A stretch of DNA of 57,026 nucleotides from Thermodesulfovibrionales bacterium (GTDB taxonomy: Bacteria > Nitrospirota > Thermodesulfovibrionia > Thermodesulfovibrionales > SM23-35), in contig JASEEX010000008.1 in assembly GCA_030019415.1 (NCBI GenBank), forward strand, positions 1 to 57,026, in the 5' to 3' direction. The position numbers were made by a program, and so were the translations under genes. Below the pieces are notes generated by a model. The model ran no database searches. It saw only the letters and a program-made list of their open reading frames with translations, and had not been told where the DNA came from. Below, in pieces: positions 35,763 through 47,154 of the stretch. How positions within the stretch are numbered: position 1 is the stretch's first letter; every line of letters starts with the position of its first letter.

Positions 35763-36974
35763 TCACTTTGAATTTACCCTTAAAAACCTCCTCTTCCCTA
35801 CTTTAAATAGATAACTTCCCTTTTCAAGTTTCCCATCAGGGTCGGTATATTTCTTGTCATCAATGAGAACCCCTCCCTGTTTGATGAGCCTTACCGCCTC
35901 GCTTGTGCTCGTTGTTAAACCCGAGAGCTTCATGACCTTCGGTACCCACATCTCATCTTCTTCCCATCGAAGTTCAACTGACGGGATTTCATCAGGGAGG
36001 CCCTTTTCTCTGAAGATGCGCTCAAACTCTTTCTTTGCTTTAAGGGACTCATTTTTACTCCAGTATCTTTCAACAATCTCCAGGGCAAGATCTTCCTTTG
36101 CCTTCTTTGGATGAATCTTGCCTTTTTCTATCTCTTCTTTCAGTAAATTAAGCTCCTCTGTAGATATGCGGCTAAGCAATTCATAGTATCTGAGCATGAG
36201 TTCATCACTTATGGACATAATCTTTCCGAAGATCTCCTTCGGTGGTTCTGCTATGCCTATATAGTTCCCAAGGCTCTTACTCATCTTCTTTACACCATCA
36301 AGACCTTCAAGAAGAGGCATGATAACGAGAGATTGCGGTTCCTGTCCGTATTCCCTCTGGAGTTCTCTACCCACAATGAGATTGAACTTCTGGTCTGTTC
36401 CACCGAGTTCCACATCAGCCTTAAGTACAACAGAGTCATAACCTTGTATTAAAGGGTACAGAAACTCATGAATGCTGATGGGATTCTGGTTGACCCACCT
36501 CTCCCTGAAATCATCCCTTTCGAGCATCCTCGCAACTGTATATCTGCTCGCAAGGCGTATCATATCCCCTGCTGTCATATCTGACATCCACTCTGAATTA
36601 AAGACAATCCTGGTCCTTTCAGGGGCGAGGATTTTAAATATCTGTTCTTTGTAGGTCTCTGCATTTTCGAGGACTTCTTCTTTTGTAAGGGGTTTTCTTG
36701 TCTCACTTATGCCACTGGGGTCACCTATCATACCTGTGAAATCTCCGATAAGAAAAGTAACCTCATGTCCGAGTTCCTGAAACTGTCTCATCTTCTCAAG
36801 CAGAACCGTATGGCCAAGGTGGATGTCAGGGGCAGTGGGGTCAAAACCTGCCTTAATTTTGAGGGGCTCTTTTTCCTTAAATGATTTCTTAAGCTTTCTG
36901 AGGAGCTCATCCTCGATGATTATCTCAACAGCCCCCCTCTTTATAATCTCAAGCTGTTCTTCATGTTGTAGCAT
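35763..36974 (-). CDS. tyrS: Tyrosine-tRNA ligase
   Basis: [27 protein letters not shown]4-like tail VGKRRF. Confidence 0.97.
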   Translation of the reverse strand: MLQHEEQLEIIKRGAVEIIIEDELLRKLKKSFKEKEPLKIKAGFDPTAPDIHLGHTVLLEKMRQFQELGHEVTFLIGDFTGMIGDPSGISETRKPLTKEEVLENAETYKEQIFKILAPERTRIVFNSEWMSDMTAGDMIRLASRYTVARMLERDDFRERWVNQNPISIHEFLYPLIQGYDSVVLKADVELGGTDQKFNLIVGRELQREYGQEPQSLVIMPLLEGLDGVKKMSKSLGNYIGIAEPPKEIFGKIMSISDELMLRYYELLSRISTEELNLLKEEIEKGKIHPKKAKEDLALEIVERYWSKNESLKAKKEFERIFREKGLPDEIPSVELRWEEDEMWVPKVMKLSGLTTSTSEAVRLIKQGGVLIDDKKYTDPDGKLEKGSYLFKVGKRRFLRVNSK

Positions 36975-37033
36975 GGTGATTATAATGATAAAACGTAAGG
37001 GCGATTACCGTCAATGCAGTGGAGTTCAGTTAC

Positions 37034-38146
37034 TTATAATCCTTTTTCATAGATCCTGTATTTTTTATACAATCTTGCTCCTATCATCTCGACAAGTCTC
37101 TGGACAGGTATGTTATCCTCGAGTATCCATGAGAATTCCACACGTTTGAATCTTTTATATTTCTCTTTAATGCCCATGAAGCCTTCCCTGAAAAGGAGGG
37201 CATCAACTCCCTTATTCCTGTATTCTGCCTTTATCCCGAGGAGAAGAAGCCTCAGGTCTCTTATCTTCTTTGAATAATAAATCGCCTTTACAATTGTTAT
37301 AGGATTGAGTTTACCTCTCATCTTTTTAAGGACAAAGTTAAAATCCGGTAATATTCCCATGAAACCTACGACCCCTCCATCTTTCTCTGCGATTAGAGTA
37401 AGCTCTGGCAACACTATCGATTTCAGCTTTTTTGCCATATAGTTGGCCTCTTCTTCTGTGATGGGTATGAATCCCCAGTTCTTTTCCCATGCTGAATTAT
37501 ATACATCCCTGAATATCCTCATATCGGAATCAAATTTTTTCTTGTTTATAGGCCGAACTCTAATCCCTCTTTTTTCGGCTATCTCTGCTACCCTGAATAT
37601 CTTTTCAGGTAATTCCTCCGGGACATCACATATATATGCGTAGAGGTCTTTTGCCTTTTCCATCCCATACCTCTCCATTAAATCATCATAGTATGGAGGA
37701 TTGTATGGCGTCATTAATAAAGGGGGCTCGTTAAACCCTTCTAACAGGAAGCCACATTCCTCATTGGTAGAGAAGTTCATAGGCCCGCGTATTCTATCCA
37801 TACCTTCTTTTCTGAGGATCTCCGAAACCTTATCAAGGAGGGCTGATACAACGTCATAGTCATTCGTAGATTCGAAGAAACCGAAGAAACCGACCCTATC
37901 TTTATGAAACTCATTATGCCTATGGTTAATGATAGCAGCTATCCTGCCAGAAAGCTTCGTTTCCTTCTCTGCGAGAAAGTATTTCGCCCTTGCGTGGAGG
38001 AAGAAAGGGTTTTTATAAGAGAATCTCTCCCGCATTTCCTTAATCAGGGGCGGAACAAAAAGAGAGTTTTTTGAATATAGGGTGAAAGGTAATTTTATGA
38101 AGTCATCGAGGTCTCGAGGGGTTTTAACCTCGATGATTTCTGTCAT
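37034..38146 (-). CDS. GNAT-fold protein, probable bacterial ceramide synthase
   Basis: F+.[55 protein letters not shown]; coupled to the spt-like gene. Confidence 0.72.
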   Translation of the reverse strand: MTEIIEVKTPRDLDDFIKLPFTLYSKNSLFVPPLIKEMRERFSYKNPFFLHARAKYFLAEKETKLSGRIAAIINHRHNEFHKDRVGFFGFFESTNDYDVVSALLDKVSEILRKEGMDRIRGPMNFSTNEECGFLLEGFNEPPLLMTPYNPPYYDDLMERYGMEKAKDLYAYICDVPEELPEKIFRVAEIAEKRGIRVRPINKKKFDSDMRIFRDVYNSAWEKNWGFIPITEEEANYMAKKLKSIVLPELTLIAEKDGGVVGFMGILPDFNFVLKKMRGKLNPITIVKAIYYSKKIRDLRLLLLGIKAEYRNKGVDALLFREGFMGIKEKYKRFKRVEFSWILEDNIPVQRLVEMIGARLYKKYRIYEKGL

Positions 38147-39342
38147 TTTATAAGACCCATTGTCTTTCCAACTTTCTCAAAGGCCCTGAGTACTCTGTCA
38201 AGCTGTTCATCCGTGTGAGTTGCCATGTAGCTCGTCCTTATAAGGGCCCTTCCATTAGGCACCGCAGGGCTTACAGCTACATTTGCGAATACACCCTCTT
38301 CCTGAAGCATCATCGCCGTGGTAAAGGCATTCTGATTTTCACCAACTACAATTGATATAATGGGCGTCTGGGTGGGCCCTACCTCGAAACCGAGCCCCTT
38401 GAAGCCATCGAACATCTTTCTCGTATTCTTCCATAGAAGTTCTCTCCTCTCAGGTTCTTCCTCTATAATGTCCAGGGCAGCACTAACAGAGGCAACGGAT
38501 GCGGGCGGCGGACTTGCACTGAAGATTAATGACCTTGCAAAGTGCTTTATGTAATGGATTACATCTGCTGACCCTGCAATAAAACCACCAATGGATGCGA
38601 GGGATTTACTATAAGTGCCCATTATGAGGTCAACCTCATCTTCGAGTCCGAAGTGCTCTGCTGTGCCACGGCCTGTTTTTCCGAGTACGCCTATACTGTG
38701 TGCATCATCAACCATTACCCTTGCACCATATTTTTTTGCAAGGGAAACAATCTCGGGCAGCTTTGCTATATCTCCCTCCATACTGAATACACCGTCAATA
38801 ACTATCAGCTTATCCTTGGATTCATATTCCTTGAGTATTCTTTCGAGATCAGCCATATCATTGTGCCTGAACTTCTTTATCTCACCGAAGGAAAGCCTGC
38901 ATCCGTCTATGATGCTTGCGTGATCCATCTTGTCGATTATTACAACGTCATCTTTGCCCACGAGGGCTGAGATAACACCAAGGTTTACCTGGAAGCCTGT
39001 CGAGAAGATAAGGGCAGCCTCTTTCCTTATGAAACGGGCAAGTTTTTCCTCAAGTTCGACATGGATGTCGAGGGTACCATTCAGGAACCTCGACCCAGCG
39101 CAGCCTGCACCATATTTTTTTATGGCCTCTATTGCAGCCTTTTTAACCTTAGGGTGGTTTGTGAGACCGAGATAGTTGTTAGAACCTATCATAATCATTC
39201 TCCGGCCATTCATAATAATCTCAGGTTCCTGGGCACTTTCGATAACTCTGAAATAAGGATATAGGCCCTGGGACATAAGTGCTTTAGCCTTATCAAATCT
39301 GAAACACTTATCAAATATGTCTGCTGATCTTTTTACAGCCAT
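38143..39342 (-). CDS. spt: Alpha-oxoamine synthase, probable serine palmitoyltransferase
   Basis: [46 protein letters not shown] (PLP Lys), IFSAS; operon context. Confidence 0.72.
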   Translation of the reverse strand: MAVKRSADIFDKCFRFDKAKALMSQGLYPYFRVIESAQEPEIIMNGRRMIMIGSNNYLGLTNHPKVKKAAIEAIKKYGAGCAGSRFLNGTLDIHVELEEKLARFIRKEAALIFSTGFQVNLGVISALVGKDDVVIIDKMDHASIIDGCRLSFGEIKKFRHNDMADLERILKEYESKDKLIVIDGVFSMEGDIAKLPEIVSLAKKYGARVMVDDAHSIGVLGKTGRGTAEHFGLEDEVDLIMGTYSKSLASIGGFIAGSADVIHYIKHFARSLIFSASPPPASVASVSAALDIIEEEPERRELLWKNTRKMFDGFKGLGFEVGPTQTPIISIVVGENQNAFTTAMMLQEEGVFANVAVSPAVPNGRALIRTSYMATHTDEQLDRVLRAFEKVGKTMGLIK

Positions 39343-40295
39343 CTGTGAATTCTGTACCAATCTGCTGTCCATTTTATCCCTTCCTTTATTCCCACCCTTG
39401 GTATAAAACCAAGTTCTTCTCTTGCCTTTTTTGTATCACATATCCAGTGAGAATGACTCAGCTCGTTCATCTTATCCCTGTTGATTATTCCATGTCTATC
39501 TATTCTTTCCCCTATATATGCAAAAAAGGGCATAATAAATCTCGGCACCCTAAGGCGTATTACCTTCGCATCAAGTGCAGAGGATATCTCTGTAGCTATC
39601 TCCTCGTTTGTGTAAAACTTACTATCTGATAAGAAATATATCTCACCCTCTGCCCTTCTATTCTCTGCGGCTAATACTACACCCTGAATAAGGTCATCAA
39701 CATAGAGTAATGAATAATAACATTTTCCCCAATGGGGAAAGATGCCCTTTTTAAGCATCTTAAAGAATATAAATAGATCTCTGTCCCTCGGCCCATATAC
39801 AGCGGAGGCCCTGAGTATGGTTACAGGTATTGAGCCTTTATATCTCAAGACTGCCTTCTCACCCTCAAGCTTACTTCTGCCATAGCTTGAGACAGGCCGA
39901 GGCTCTGAATCTTCCCTCAAAGGAGACCCGTTCATACTCGGACCTGCTGCCGCAAGGCTGCTCAGATATACAAACCTTTTAAGTTTCGGATTCTTTTTAG
40001 CTACGGCCTTTATCAGGTTTTCTGTACCTTTTGCATTAACGCAGAAGAAATCATCCTCTGAACAGGCCTTCGTTAGTCCCGCAAGATGGAAAACATGGTC
40101 AAAACCAACAACTGCATCGAGAAGGGATTCTACACTCTCGCAATCGCCAGTAATGAATTTGAGAGCGATATCCTCGACCCATTTGAGGTTAGATGTCTCT
40201 CTTACGAGACAGGTAACTTCATAACCCCGTCTGACGAGTTCCTCACATAGGTGGCTTCCTATAAAGCCTGTAGCTCCTGTTACCAAGGCCTTCAT
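39333..40295 (-). CDS. NAD-dependent epimerase/SDR, probable ceramide reductase
   Basis: GATGFIG, HLAG.TKA, SSLAA, YGRSK, VYGP.D; overlaps the spt-like gene. Confidence 0.65.
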   Translation of the reverse strand: MKALVTGATGFIGSHLCEELVRRGYEVTCLVRETSNLKWVEDIALKFITGDCESVESLLDAVVGFDHVFHLAGLTKACSEDDFFCVNAKGTENLIKAVAKKNPKLKRFVYLSSLAAAGPSMNGSPLREDSEPRPVSSYGRSKLEGEKAVLRYKGSIPVTILRASAVYGPRDRDLFIFFKMLKKGIFPHWGKCYYSLLYVDDLIQGVVLAAENRRAEGEIYFLSDSKFYTNEEIATEISSALDAKVIRLRVPRFIMPFFAYIGERIDRHGIINRDKMNELSHSHWICDTKKAREELGFIPRVGIKEGIKWTADWYRIHRWL

Positions 40296-40366
40296 AAGTT
40301 AGAAATATTTTGAGCGATGGAGATGCTGAGAGTCAAGCCAAAACTTGTGCTGAACTTGTTTCAGCA

Positions 40367-40828
40367 TCAAAGGCTCATCGACTCAAGCCTCGCTATTCTC
40401 TCCTCTATAGGTGGATGTGTACTGAAGAGTTTCAGTATCCCACCACCTGATAATGGGTTGACTATAAACATATGGGATGTTGCGGGGTTGGCGTCCATTG
40501 GGATCTTCTGAGATGCCCAGTGTAGTTTTCTGAGTGCCCCTGAAAGGTATCTCGGGTTTCCGGCAAGCCTCGCACCACCTGCATCTGCAGCATATTCCCT
40601 TGACCTTGAAATAGCCACCTGCACTATCAGCGCAGCAATCGGCCCTACAATCATCATAATGAGGGCAGCTATGGGGTTACCTCCCTCTTCATCGTCTTCC
40701 CTGTGACCAAATATCATTGCCCACCGTGCCATCATTGCAAGGTAGCTGATAGCACCTGCGAGTGTTGCAGCAATGGTGCTGATGAGGATATCTCTGTGTT
40801 TAATATGTGCAAGCTCATGGCCTATTAC
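40367..40828 (-). pseudogene. htpX: HtpX Zn protease, N-terminal half missing
   Basis: Homology starts at VIGHELAH; [16 protein letters not shown]; no upstream half before the ccsA stop. Confidence 0.85.
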
Positions 40829-40871
40829 AAAATGATAGCCTAAAAATCAGATTCTTTTCAAGACAGTCGCC

Positions 40872-41957
40872 TTATTCAATTCCCCCATATGCGTGGAGCC
40901 CTGAGAGTAATAAGTTTACGCCAAGGTAGGTAAATATTACTGTTAAGAAACCTATTACGGCAACGATTGCTACCCTTTTTCCTCTCCATCCTCTTATCAT
41001 GCGACTATGAAGATAGAAGGCGTAGACAAACCATGTTATTAAAGACCATGTCTCTTTCGGGTCCCAGCTCCAGTATGACCCCCACGCCTGATCAGCCCAG
41101 ATAGCGCCGAAGATGAGACCTCCTAATGTAAATACAGGGAACCCGACGGCAATACTCTTATAGGTGATCTCATCCAGAGTTTCAGCAGAGATGTTGAATT
41201 TCTCTATGACTGTTTTAAGAACAGATCCAAATCTCCAGGTAATAAATATAATGACTATCATTGATATCCAGCTGAGGACCTTAACCGCCGTTGACGAATT
41301 GAGAAACGAGGCCTTGAGCATATAGTTTTTTATAAATTCTTCAGGTCTAACAGCAACCTTGAATGTAAGGAAATCAATGCCCATTATAAGCAGTAAGGTT
41401 ACGAAGATTCCGAGTGTAAATGTCCAGAATATATATGCAGCCTGATTTCTCTTCTCGGTCTTCAAGATAAGGTACATGAGTCCTGTGCTAAAGGAAAGGG
41501 CAAATGCGGCGTAAGCTATAAAACTCATCGTCACATGGGCAAGCAGCCAGTTACTTTGAAGTGCTGGTATGAGGGGGTGTATCTCCTTTGACATACCTGA
41601 TATATCTATAAATGCCAATGCTAAACCTGCGACAGGTGTAACAAATGCTCCGAAAGAGCGGTTTTTATATCTGAACTCTAATATAAGATACCCTAATATA
41701 AGACACCATACAAAAAATACCATGGATTCATAAAGGTTTGTTAGAGGTGCTGACCTTATAATGCCCATTTCACTAACGTCATAGAATTCCTTCCACCTCA
41801 TTAAGATTGCCATTGTCTGGGAGACGAAACCTATAACTGTCACTGTTGTAGCTGCTATCCCGATCTGTGTTTTTCTGAAGGCGAGATAGGTTATATAGAT
41901 TATCATGGCAAGGATGTAGGACATGGTTGATATCCCGAATAAAAAGGAACTGTCCAT
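40872..41957 (-). CDS. ccsA: System II cytochrome c synthase CcsA/ResC
   Basis: PLTNLYES, LIPALQSNWL.AH, WA..AWGSYWSWDPKETW (WWD), GLHAY. Confidence 0.93.
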   Translation of the reverse strand: MDSSFLFGISTMSYILAMIIYITYLAFRKTQIGIAATTVTVIGFVSQTMAILMRWKEFYDVSEMGIIRSAPLTNLYESMVFFVWCLILGYLILEFRYKNRSFGAFVTPVAGLALAFIDISGMSKEIHPLIPALQSNWLLAHVTMSFIAYAAFALSFSTGLMYLILKTEKRNQAAYIFWTFTLGIFVTLLLIMGIDFLTFKVAVRPEEFIKNYMLKASFLNSSTAVKVLSWISMIVIIFITWRFGSVLKTVIEKFNISAETLDEITYKSIAVGFPVFTLGGLIFGAIWADQAWGSYWSWDPKETWSLITWFVYAFYLHSRMIRGWRGKRVAIVAVIGFLTVIFTYLGVNLLLSGLHAYGGIE

Positions 41958-43520
41958 CTAATCTCCTCCCTCCCGTCTCTTTCTGATAAGGAAAATCAAC
42001 TTGTCTATCTTCCTCTCAAAGGCAGACCTGTTCTTATTCGATGTCGCCCCCATATATACTCTTGTACTGTCCTTCTCTTCGACGATCCTTACCCATAACT
42101 TTTTATGGCTCATAAAGAAGGCCATGTAGAGTCCTATGGCAATTGTAATACAACCAAGATACACAATCCATACGCCGGGGTCTTTTCTGACCTGAAGGCC
42201 AGTATATTGAGTCCCCCATAGATCTATGAATTCCACAACATGGCTTTCTGGAAGCTTCCCTGTTATCGGATATCTCTTGAGTATCCAGCCAGAGTATTTC
42301 TTTTTTCCTCCCTCATTAAAATCTATAAAAACAGCAGGATTGTTCATCATGTTTGTGAACGTGAAAGGCCTTCCCTGATGATCAAAGGAAAGGGCAGGGC
42401 TGAAATCCTTTATAGTTCCTTCTAAATCTGTACCATGGATGGTGAATCTATCACCGAGATTTAATCTTTTAATTTCTGATACCCCGGAGTGAGAAGTTAT
42501 CCTTAGAATAAACCAGCCATGGGCATGAGACATCATGCCATAACTGGATTGATAGAAGGTGATGCCTTTATATTTAAGTGGGTCATTGACCTCTATGGCC
42601 TTTTTCAAAACCTCTTTTCCGTCCTCTATAACAGTTAGCCAGCTTCTATATTTCTTAGGCATGTCAGACCCTTCATAAAATTCAACATCAAAATCATCGC
42701 ATCTTATGCTGAACCCGAGTGGCTGTATGCCATATACGCGCAGCTTCTCTTTAAGAGACTTCTCTTTTATACCCAGTATCTCAGATGCCTTCGAGGTATT
42801 ACCCCAGGATGCCTCGAGGACATTTACTATCCTGTCTCTTTCTTGCTCCTCCGACTGGGTCAAAGGGGCTGAATGCAAAAAGGCTATAGAATAGCTCCTG
42901 CCTTCGGGAAGATTGAGGAATCCCTTAAAGCCGAAAGAAATCCCTACAAGGGCTCCTATCAGTATAAATATTATGCTTGTATGAGTTATGTAAACACCAA
43001 GCCTTGTATAATTGCCCTTCTGGGAATAAAACTGATAACCTTTATCTTCTTTAGACTCCACATAACTAAACCCTATGCCATTTATAGCCCCCGCAACACT
43101 GTCCTTTACTCTGTCAGGCTTTCCCCTTAATAAAAGTTCCCTTTTTATCACAGCCATTTCAAAACGCTCAGTGGCAAGCGGCCGAATCGGCTCCCTGACC
43201 ATCTTCCATATCCTTGGCAGCCTGTCGAGGGAACAGATGATAATATTGGCCGAAAGCAGAATCAGGAGGGTAATGAACCACCATGAATGGTACATATCCA
43301 TGAAACCGAGTTTTTCAAATACCCTGTAGATAATTGGTGCAAGGGATTCCCCAAAGAGTCTGCTTAATATCTGGATATTCCTGGCGGGTTCTGCACGTTG
43401 TTCCAGAACCGTTCCTATGATTGCAGTAAGGGATATTAAAGCAAAAATAACAATCGCAAACTTTATAGAAGCTAATAAACCCCGGATTTTATCAATTAAT
43501 GTCATTCTTTCTTCTGACAA
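41958..43520 (-). CDS. resB: System II cytochrome c biogenesis protein ResB/CcsB with embedded Fis-like HTH
   Basis: IGTVLEQ, MYHSWWF, CS..R, THTSI, VNDPL.Y.G..FYQSSY, TGLQVRKDPG. Confidence 0.9.
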   Translation of the reverse strand: MSEERMTLIDKIRGLLASIKFAIVIFALISLTAIIGTVLEQRAEPARNIQILSRLFGESLAPIIYRVFEKLGFMDMYHSWWFITLLILLSANIIICSLDRLPRIWKMVREPIRPLATERFEMAVIKRELLLRGKPDRVKDSVAGAINGIGFSYVESKEDKGYQFYSQKGNYTRLGVYITHTSIIFILIGALVGISFGFKGFLNLPEGRSYSIAFLHSAPLTQSEEQERDRIVNVLEASWGNTSKASEILGIKEKSLKEKLRVYGIQPLGFSIRCDDFDVEFYEGSDMPKKYRSWLTVIEDGKEVLKKAIEVNDPLKYKGITFYQSSYGMMSHAHGWFILRITSHSGVSEIKRLNLGDRFTIHGTDLEGTIKDFSPALSFDHQGRPFTFTNMMNNPAVFIDFNEGGKKKYSGWILKRYPITGKLPESHVVEFIDLWGTQYTGLQVRKDPGVWIVYLGCITIAIGLYMAFFMSHKKLWVRIVEEKDSTRVYMGATSNKNRSAFERKIDKLIFLIRKRREGGD

Positions 43521-43709
43521 TTTTAAGACCCCTTTAAGAATGAATTTAGTATCATAATATTTTCAAAAGAGGCAATACAAGAACCCTTACCTTTTAACAT
43601 CCAAAATCTGCTTGATTATTTTCACATGGAAAATTTCCACCCTTCTTGTCGAAGTCCCCGAAGGGGGCGAATACTTTACAACACCCTGATATGGTGATTA
43701 TAATTAATA

Positions 43710-45179
43710 ATGAGAAAGAAGATACTCATTGGTATAGCGATTCTACTGTCAGGTTTTCTTTTAGGAGGACTCGCATTCTACGTCCTCAGTAAGACTACCG
43801 GACAACAGGGGTATTTGCCATACACTGTTACGCCTAATGTACCCCGACAGATAATGGAGACGAGCAGGGCTTTCTCTGAAATTGTCAGTACTGTTTCACC
43901 CGCCGTTGTAAACATTTCAACAACAAAGGTTTTCAAAAGAGATACAGAACCCTTTTTTGAGGATCCCTTTTTTGATTTCTTCAGGCCTTTCCATGATTTC
44001 AGAATGCCAAAAAAATGGAAGGAACAGAGCCTCGGCTCTGGCGTAGTTGTTTCACCAGATGGATACATAATTACGAATAACCATGTAGTTGAAAAGTCTG
44101 ATGAGATAAGGGTAACCCTTTTTGATAAAAGGACCTTCAGAGGCAGGATAGTAGGTGCTGACCCAAAAACAGACGTCGCTATAGTAAGGATAGATGCTAC
44201 GAACCTCCTGACAATTCCCTGGGGCGATTCTGAAAAGCTTCAGGTTGGTGAATTTGTCCTCGCTATAGGTAACCCTTACGGTCTCAGCCATACGGTCACA
44301 ATGGGTATAATAAGTGCTGTTGGAAGGGCCAATGTCGGAATTGTAGACTACGAGGACTTTATTCAGACAGATGCTGCTATAAATCCGGGGAATTCGGGTG
44401 GGCCCCTTGTAAACATCAAAGGAGAACTCATAGGTGTAAATACAGCAATATTCTCAAAAACAGGGGGATATCAGGGTATAGGTTTTGCGGTGCCCAGCAA
44501 CATGGCACGCCTTGTCATGAACCAGCTCATTCAAAAAGGGAAGGTTATGAGGGGTTGGCTCGGTGTTACCATACAGGAACTCACCCCTGAGCTTTCTCAG
44601 AAATTTGGCCTCGAAAAATCTAAAGGTGTCCTTATCAGTGATGTTGCAAAAGGTAGCCCGGCTGAGAAGGCCGGTATTATGAGGGGCGATATAATTCTTG
44701 AGTTTAACGGTAAGGAAGTAAAGGATGTAAGTAGCCTGCGAAATATGGTTGCCCAGAGTAAGGCTGGTGCTGAGGTATCAATGAAGATACTCCGGTCAGG
44801 GAAGGAACATACAGTCAGATTGGTTATTGTTGAGTTGCCGAGAGAAGTCGCAGAGGTTGTGCCAAACCAGATACCTGATGATTCAGAAGTAGGAGCACTT
44901 ACAGGCCTAACAGTTATTGATCTAACAAAAGAAATAGCAAGGCAGCTCGGGTTTACTAAAGACGAGAAAGGGGTTGTTGTTGTAAGAGTTGAACCTGCAA
45001 GTCCAGCAGATGAAGCCGGGATAAAAAAAGGCGATATCATAAATGAGGTAGATAGAAAACGGGTGGACAACCTGGAAGATTTTAACAGGATTGCCTCGAA
45101 TATAAAAAAGAATGAGACTGTCCTTCTTTTTATCACCAGGGGTAACAAAAAGTTTTATGTTACCCTCAAGGCATCTTAA
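43710..45179 (+). CDS. DegP/HtrA (Do) serine protease with two PDZ domains
   Basis: GSG, TNNHVV, DVA, IQTDAAINPGNSGG, two PDZ domains. Confidence 0.95.
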   Translation: MRKKILIGIAILLSGFLLGGLAFYVLSKTTGQQGYLPYTVTPNVPRQIMETSRAFSEIVSTVSPAVVNISTTKVFKRDTEPFFEDPFFDFFRPFHDFRMPKKWKEQSLGSGVVVSPDGYIITNNHVVEKSDEIRVTLFDKRTFRGRIVGADPKTDVAIVRIDATNLLTIPWGDSEKLQVGEFVLAIGNPYGLSHTVTMGIISAVGRANVGIVDYEDFIQTDAAINPGNSGGPLVNIKGELIGVNTAIFSKTGGYQGIGFAVPSNMARLVMNQLIQKGKVMRGWLGVTIQELTPELSQKFGLEKSKGVLISDVAKGSPAEKAGIMRGDIILEFNGKEVKDVSSLRNMVAQSKAGAEVSMKILRSGKEHTVRLVIVELPREVAEVVPNQIPDDSEVGALTGLTVIDLTKEIARQLGFTKDEKGVVVVRVEPASPADEAGIKKGDIINEVDRKRVDNLEDFNRIASNIKKNETVLLFITRGNKKFYVTLKAS

Positions 45180-45234
45180 AAGACAGTGAGCAGTAATAAG
45201 TGACGAGTGACAAACCCGGGGGAGGTGATAAGGA

Positions 45235-46242
45235 ATGTTTATTATTTTAAGGCTTGCAATCTTTTTACTCTTTGCATCTTCAGGTTACATCTTAGGTACA
45301 AAGTATAATTACGGTGCTTATGGTGTCCTGTTAGGGGGATTTTTAGGTCTTATCGCTATAGCTGCGGAGTTATTATTTAAGAAGGTCGAAATCGGAGCAA
45401 TTATCGGAGGGATATTAGGGATTTCTTGCGGGCTTTTGTTTGCCCACCTCCTTATGCTACCTTTAAAGCAAATCCTCGGTGAGGATATGACAACGGTATC
45501 TTTTGGACTGATGGCAGTATTTGGCTATGGAGGGCTTCTCCTTGGCCTGAGCAAGGGTAAGGGGATTTCGATTGCCGATGTCTTCAGGCTCTTCAGAGGG
45601 CAGGGTCCTGAAGAGAACCTCAAAGTCCTCGATACGAGTGTAATAATAGACGGACGCATTGCGGATGTATGCGACTCAGGATTCCTCGAGGGTGTTTTCA
45701 TACTCCCACAGTTTATTCTCCAGGAACTACAGCATATAGCAGATTCGGCTGACCCTGTGAAGAGGGCAAGGGGAAGACGCGGACTCGATATCCTGCACAA
45801 GATCCAGAAGATGTCCCATATAACAGTAAGAATAGTTGATGAGGATTTTCCAAAGATTAAAGAGGTTGATGCAAAGCTTGTTGCCTTAGCAAGGCTCTTA
45901 AACGCAAAAGTGATAACGAACGATTTTAACCTTAATAGGGTTGCAGAACTCCAGGGGGTAGCCGTCCTTAATATAAATGAACTTGCTAACTCCTTGAGAC
46001 CCGTTGTGCTTCCAGGTGAGACAATGAAAGTTTTTATACTAAAAGAGGGAAAGGAATACAATCAAGGAGTTGCATACCTTGATGATGGAACCATGGTAGT
46101 TATAGAAAATGGGAGAAGACTTACAGGAAAAAACGCAGATGTAACAGTTACGAGCGTGCTACAGACGACAGCAGGTAGGATGATATTCTCGAAGCTCAAG
46201 AAGGAAGAGTACGAGAGAGAGGAGTACAGGGCTGCTAAATAA
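45235..46242 (+). CDS. Membrane PIN/TRAM protein (YacL-like)
   Basis: DTSVIIDGRI, RGRRGLD, TNDFNL, YLDDGTMVV, QT.AGRMIF; upstream of ispD. Confidence 0.92.
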   Translation: MFIILRLAIFLLFASSGYILGTKYNYGAYGVLLGGFLGLIAIAAELLFKKVEIGAIIGGILGISCGLLFAHLLMLPLKQILGEDMTTVSFGLMAVFGYGGLLLGLSKGKGISIADVFRLFRGQGPEENLKVLDTSVIIDGRIADVCDSGFLEGVFILPQFILQELQHIADSADPVKRARGRRGLDILHKIQKMSHITVRIVDEDFPKIKEVDAKLVALARLLNAKVITNDFNLNRVAELQGVAVLNINELANSLRPVVLPGETMKVFILKEGKEYNQGVAYLDDGTMVVIENGRRLTGKNADVTVTSVLQTTAGRMIFSKLKKEEYEREEYRAAK

Positions 46243-46262
46243 TAGCCACCACCTTTGGTTAA

Positions 46263-46961
46263 ATGAACTACAAAGTTATAGCAATAGTGCCCTCGGCCGG
46301 GCGTGGCAAAAGGTTCGGTCCAAATATTAATAAGCCTTTTCAAGACCTCGGGGGTAAACCCCTTGTTGTCTGGTCAATCGAGACACTGGAGTCTGTTGAT
46401 GAAATAGCAGAGATAATACCTGTGCTCAGGAAAGAGGACATGGAGAGAGGGGTGGAGGTTTTTGAAAGGTACAAACTTTCAAAGATAAAGAGGATAGCAC
46501 CAGGCGGGAAAGAGCGACAGGATTCTGTATATAATGGCCTCAAGCTTGTAGAAGACAAAAATTGTATTGTCCTTATACATGATGGGGTTAGACCCCTCAT
46601 TGAGAAACCCCTAATACAAGAGGTAATAAAAGAATTAAAGGGTTTTGACGGGGTTGTCCTTGGGGTCCCTATCAAGGATACGATTAAAGAGGCAAAGGGA
46701 GGAATCATAAAGAAGACCCTGAGGAGGGATTCAATCTGGGCTATTCAGACTCCACAGGTTTTCCCTTACATTAATATTTTAACAGCATATGAGAGAGCGA
46801 TGAAGGAAGGCTTTTACTTAACAGATGATGCAGCCCTTGTTGAAGGATATGGAGGAAAGATAAAGGTTATAATGGGGTCATACAGGAATATTAAAATCAC
46901 CACTCCTGAAGACCTGAATATGGCGGAATTTTTTCTTAGCAGTAAAAGAAATAACCAATAA
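46263..46961 (+). CDS. ispD: MEP cytidylyltransferase
   Basis: AG.G.R, GG.ERQDSV, HDGVRP, QTPQ, TDD, KITTPED. Confidence 0.96.
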   Translation: MNYKVIAIVPSAGRGKRFGPNINKPFQDLGGKPLVVWSIETLESVDEIAEIIPVLRKEDMERGVEVFERYKLSKIKRIAPGGKERQDSVYNGLKLVEDKNCIVLIHDGVRPLIEKPLIQEVIKELKGFDGVVLGVPIKDTIKEAKGGIIKKTLRRDSIWAIQTPQVFPYINILTAYERAMKEGFYLTDDAALVEGYGGKIKVIMGSYRNIKITTPEDLNMAEFFLSSKRNNQ

Positions 46962-47104
46962 CCAAATCACAATAACCAAATAATAACCAATTACCAAACC
47001 TGTCCTGACGACAGGTGAGGATTCCAATAACCAGACATTTATTTGGTTATTGATTATTGGTTATTGGAGCTTATTTGGATTTTGGTTATTGGTGCTTGGT
47101 TATT
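46950..47104. repeat. AATAACC / GGTTATT array forming a long imperfect hairpin
   Basis: Left arm AATAACCAA units, right arm TTGGTTATT units; nested CCTGTC-CTGAC-GACAGG (46999-47015); same family at 54666-54772 and 27470-27520. Confidence 0.8.
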
Positions 47105-47154
47105 TTTATTTAGAAACTGGAGACGAAGAGTATTTGATTTGACAAAAATTAACC

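Noticed and set aside
38143-39342. BioF or Kbl assignment because bioA is nearby
   Set aside because: Not linked to bio genes; motifs and flanking GNAT/SDR genes fit Spt better, though BioF/Kbl is not fully excluded.
46950-47104. Possible CRISPR array
   Set aside because: Units are 7-9 bp, degenerate and arranged as inverted arms, with no constant repeat/unique spacer pattern and no cas genes.
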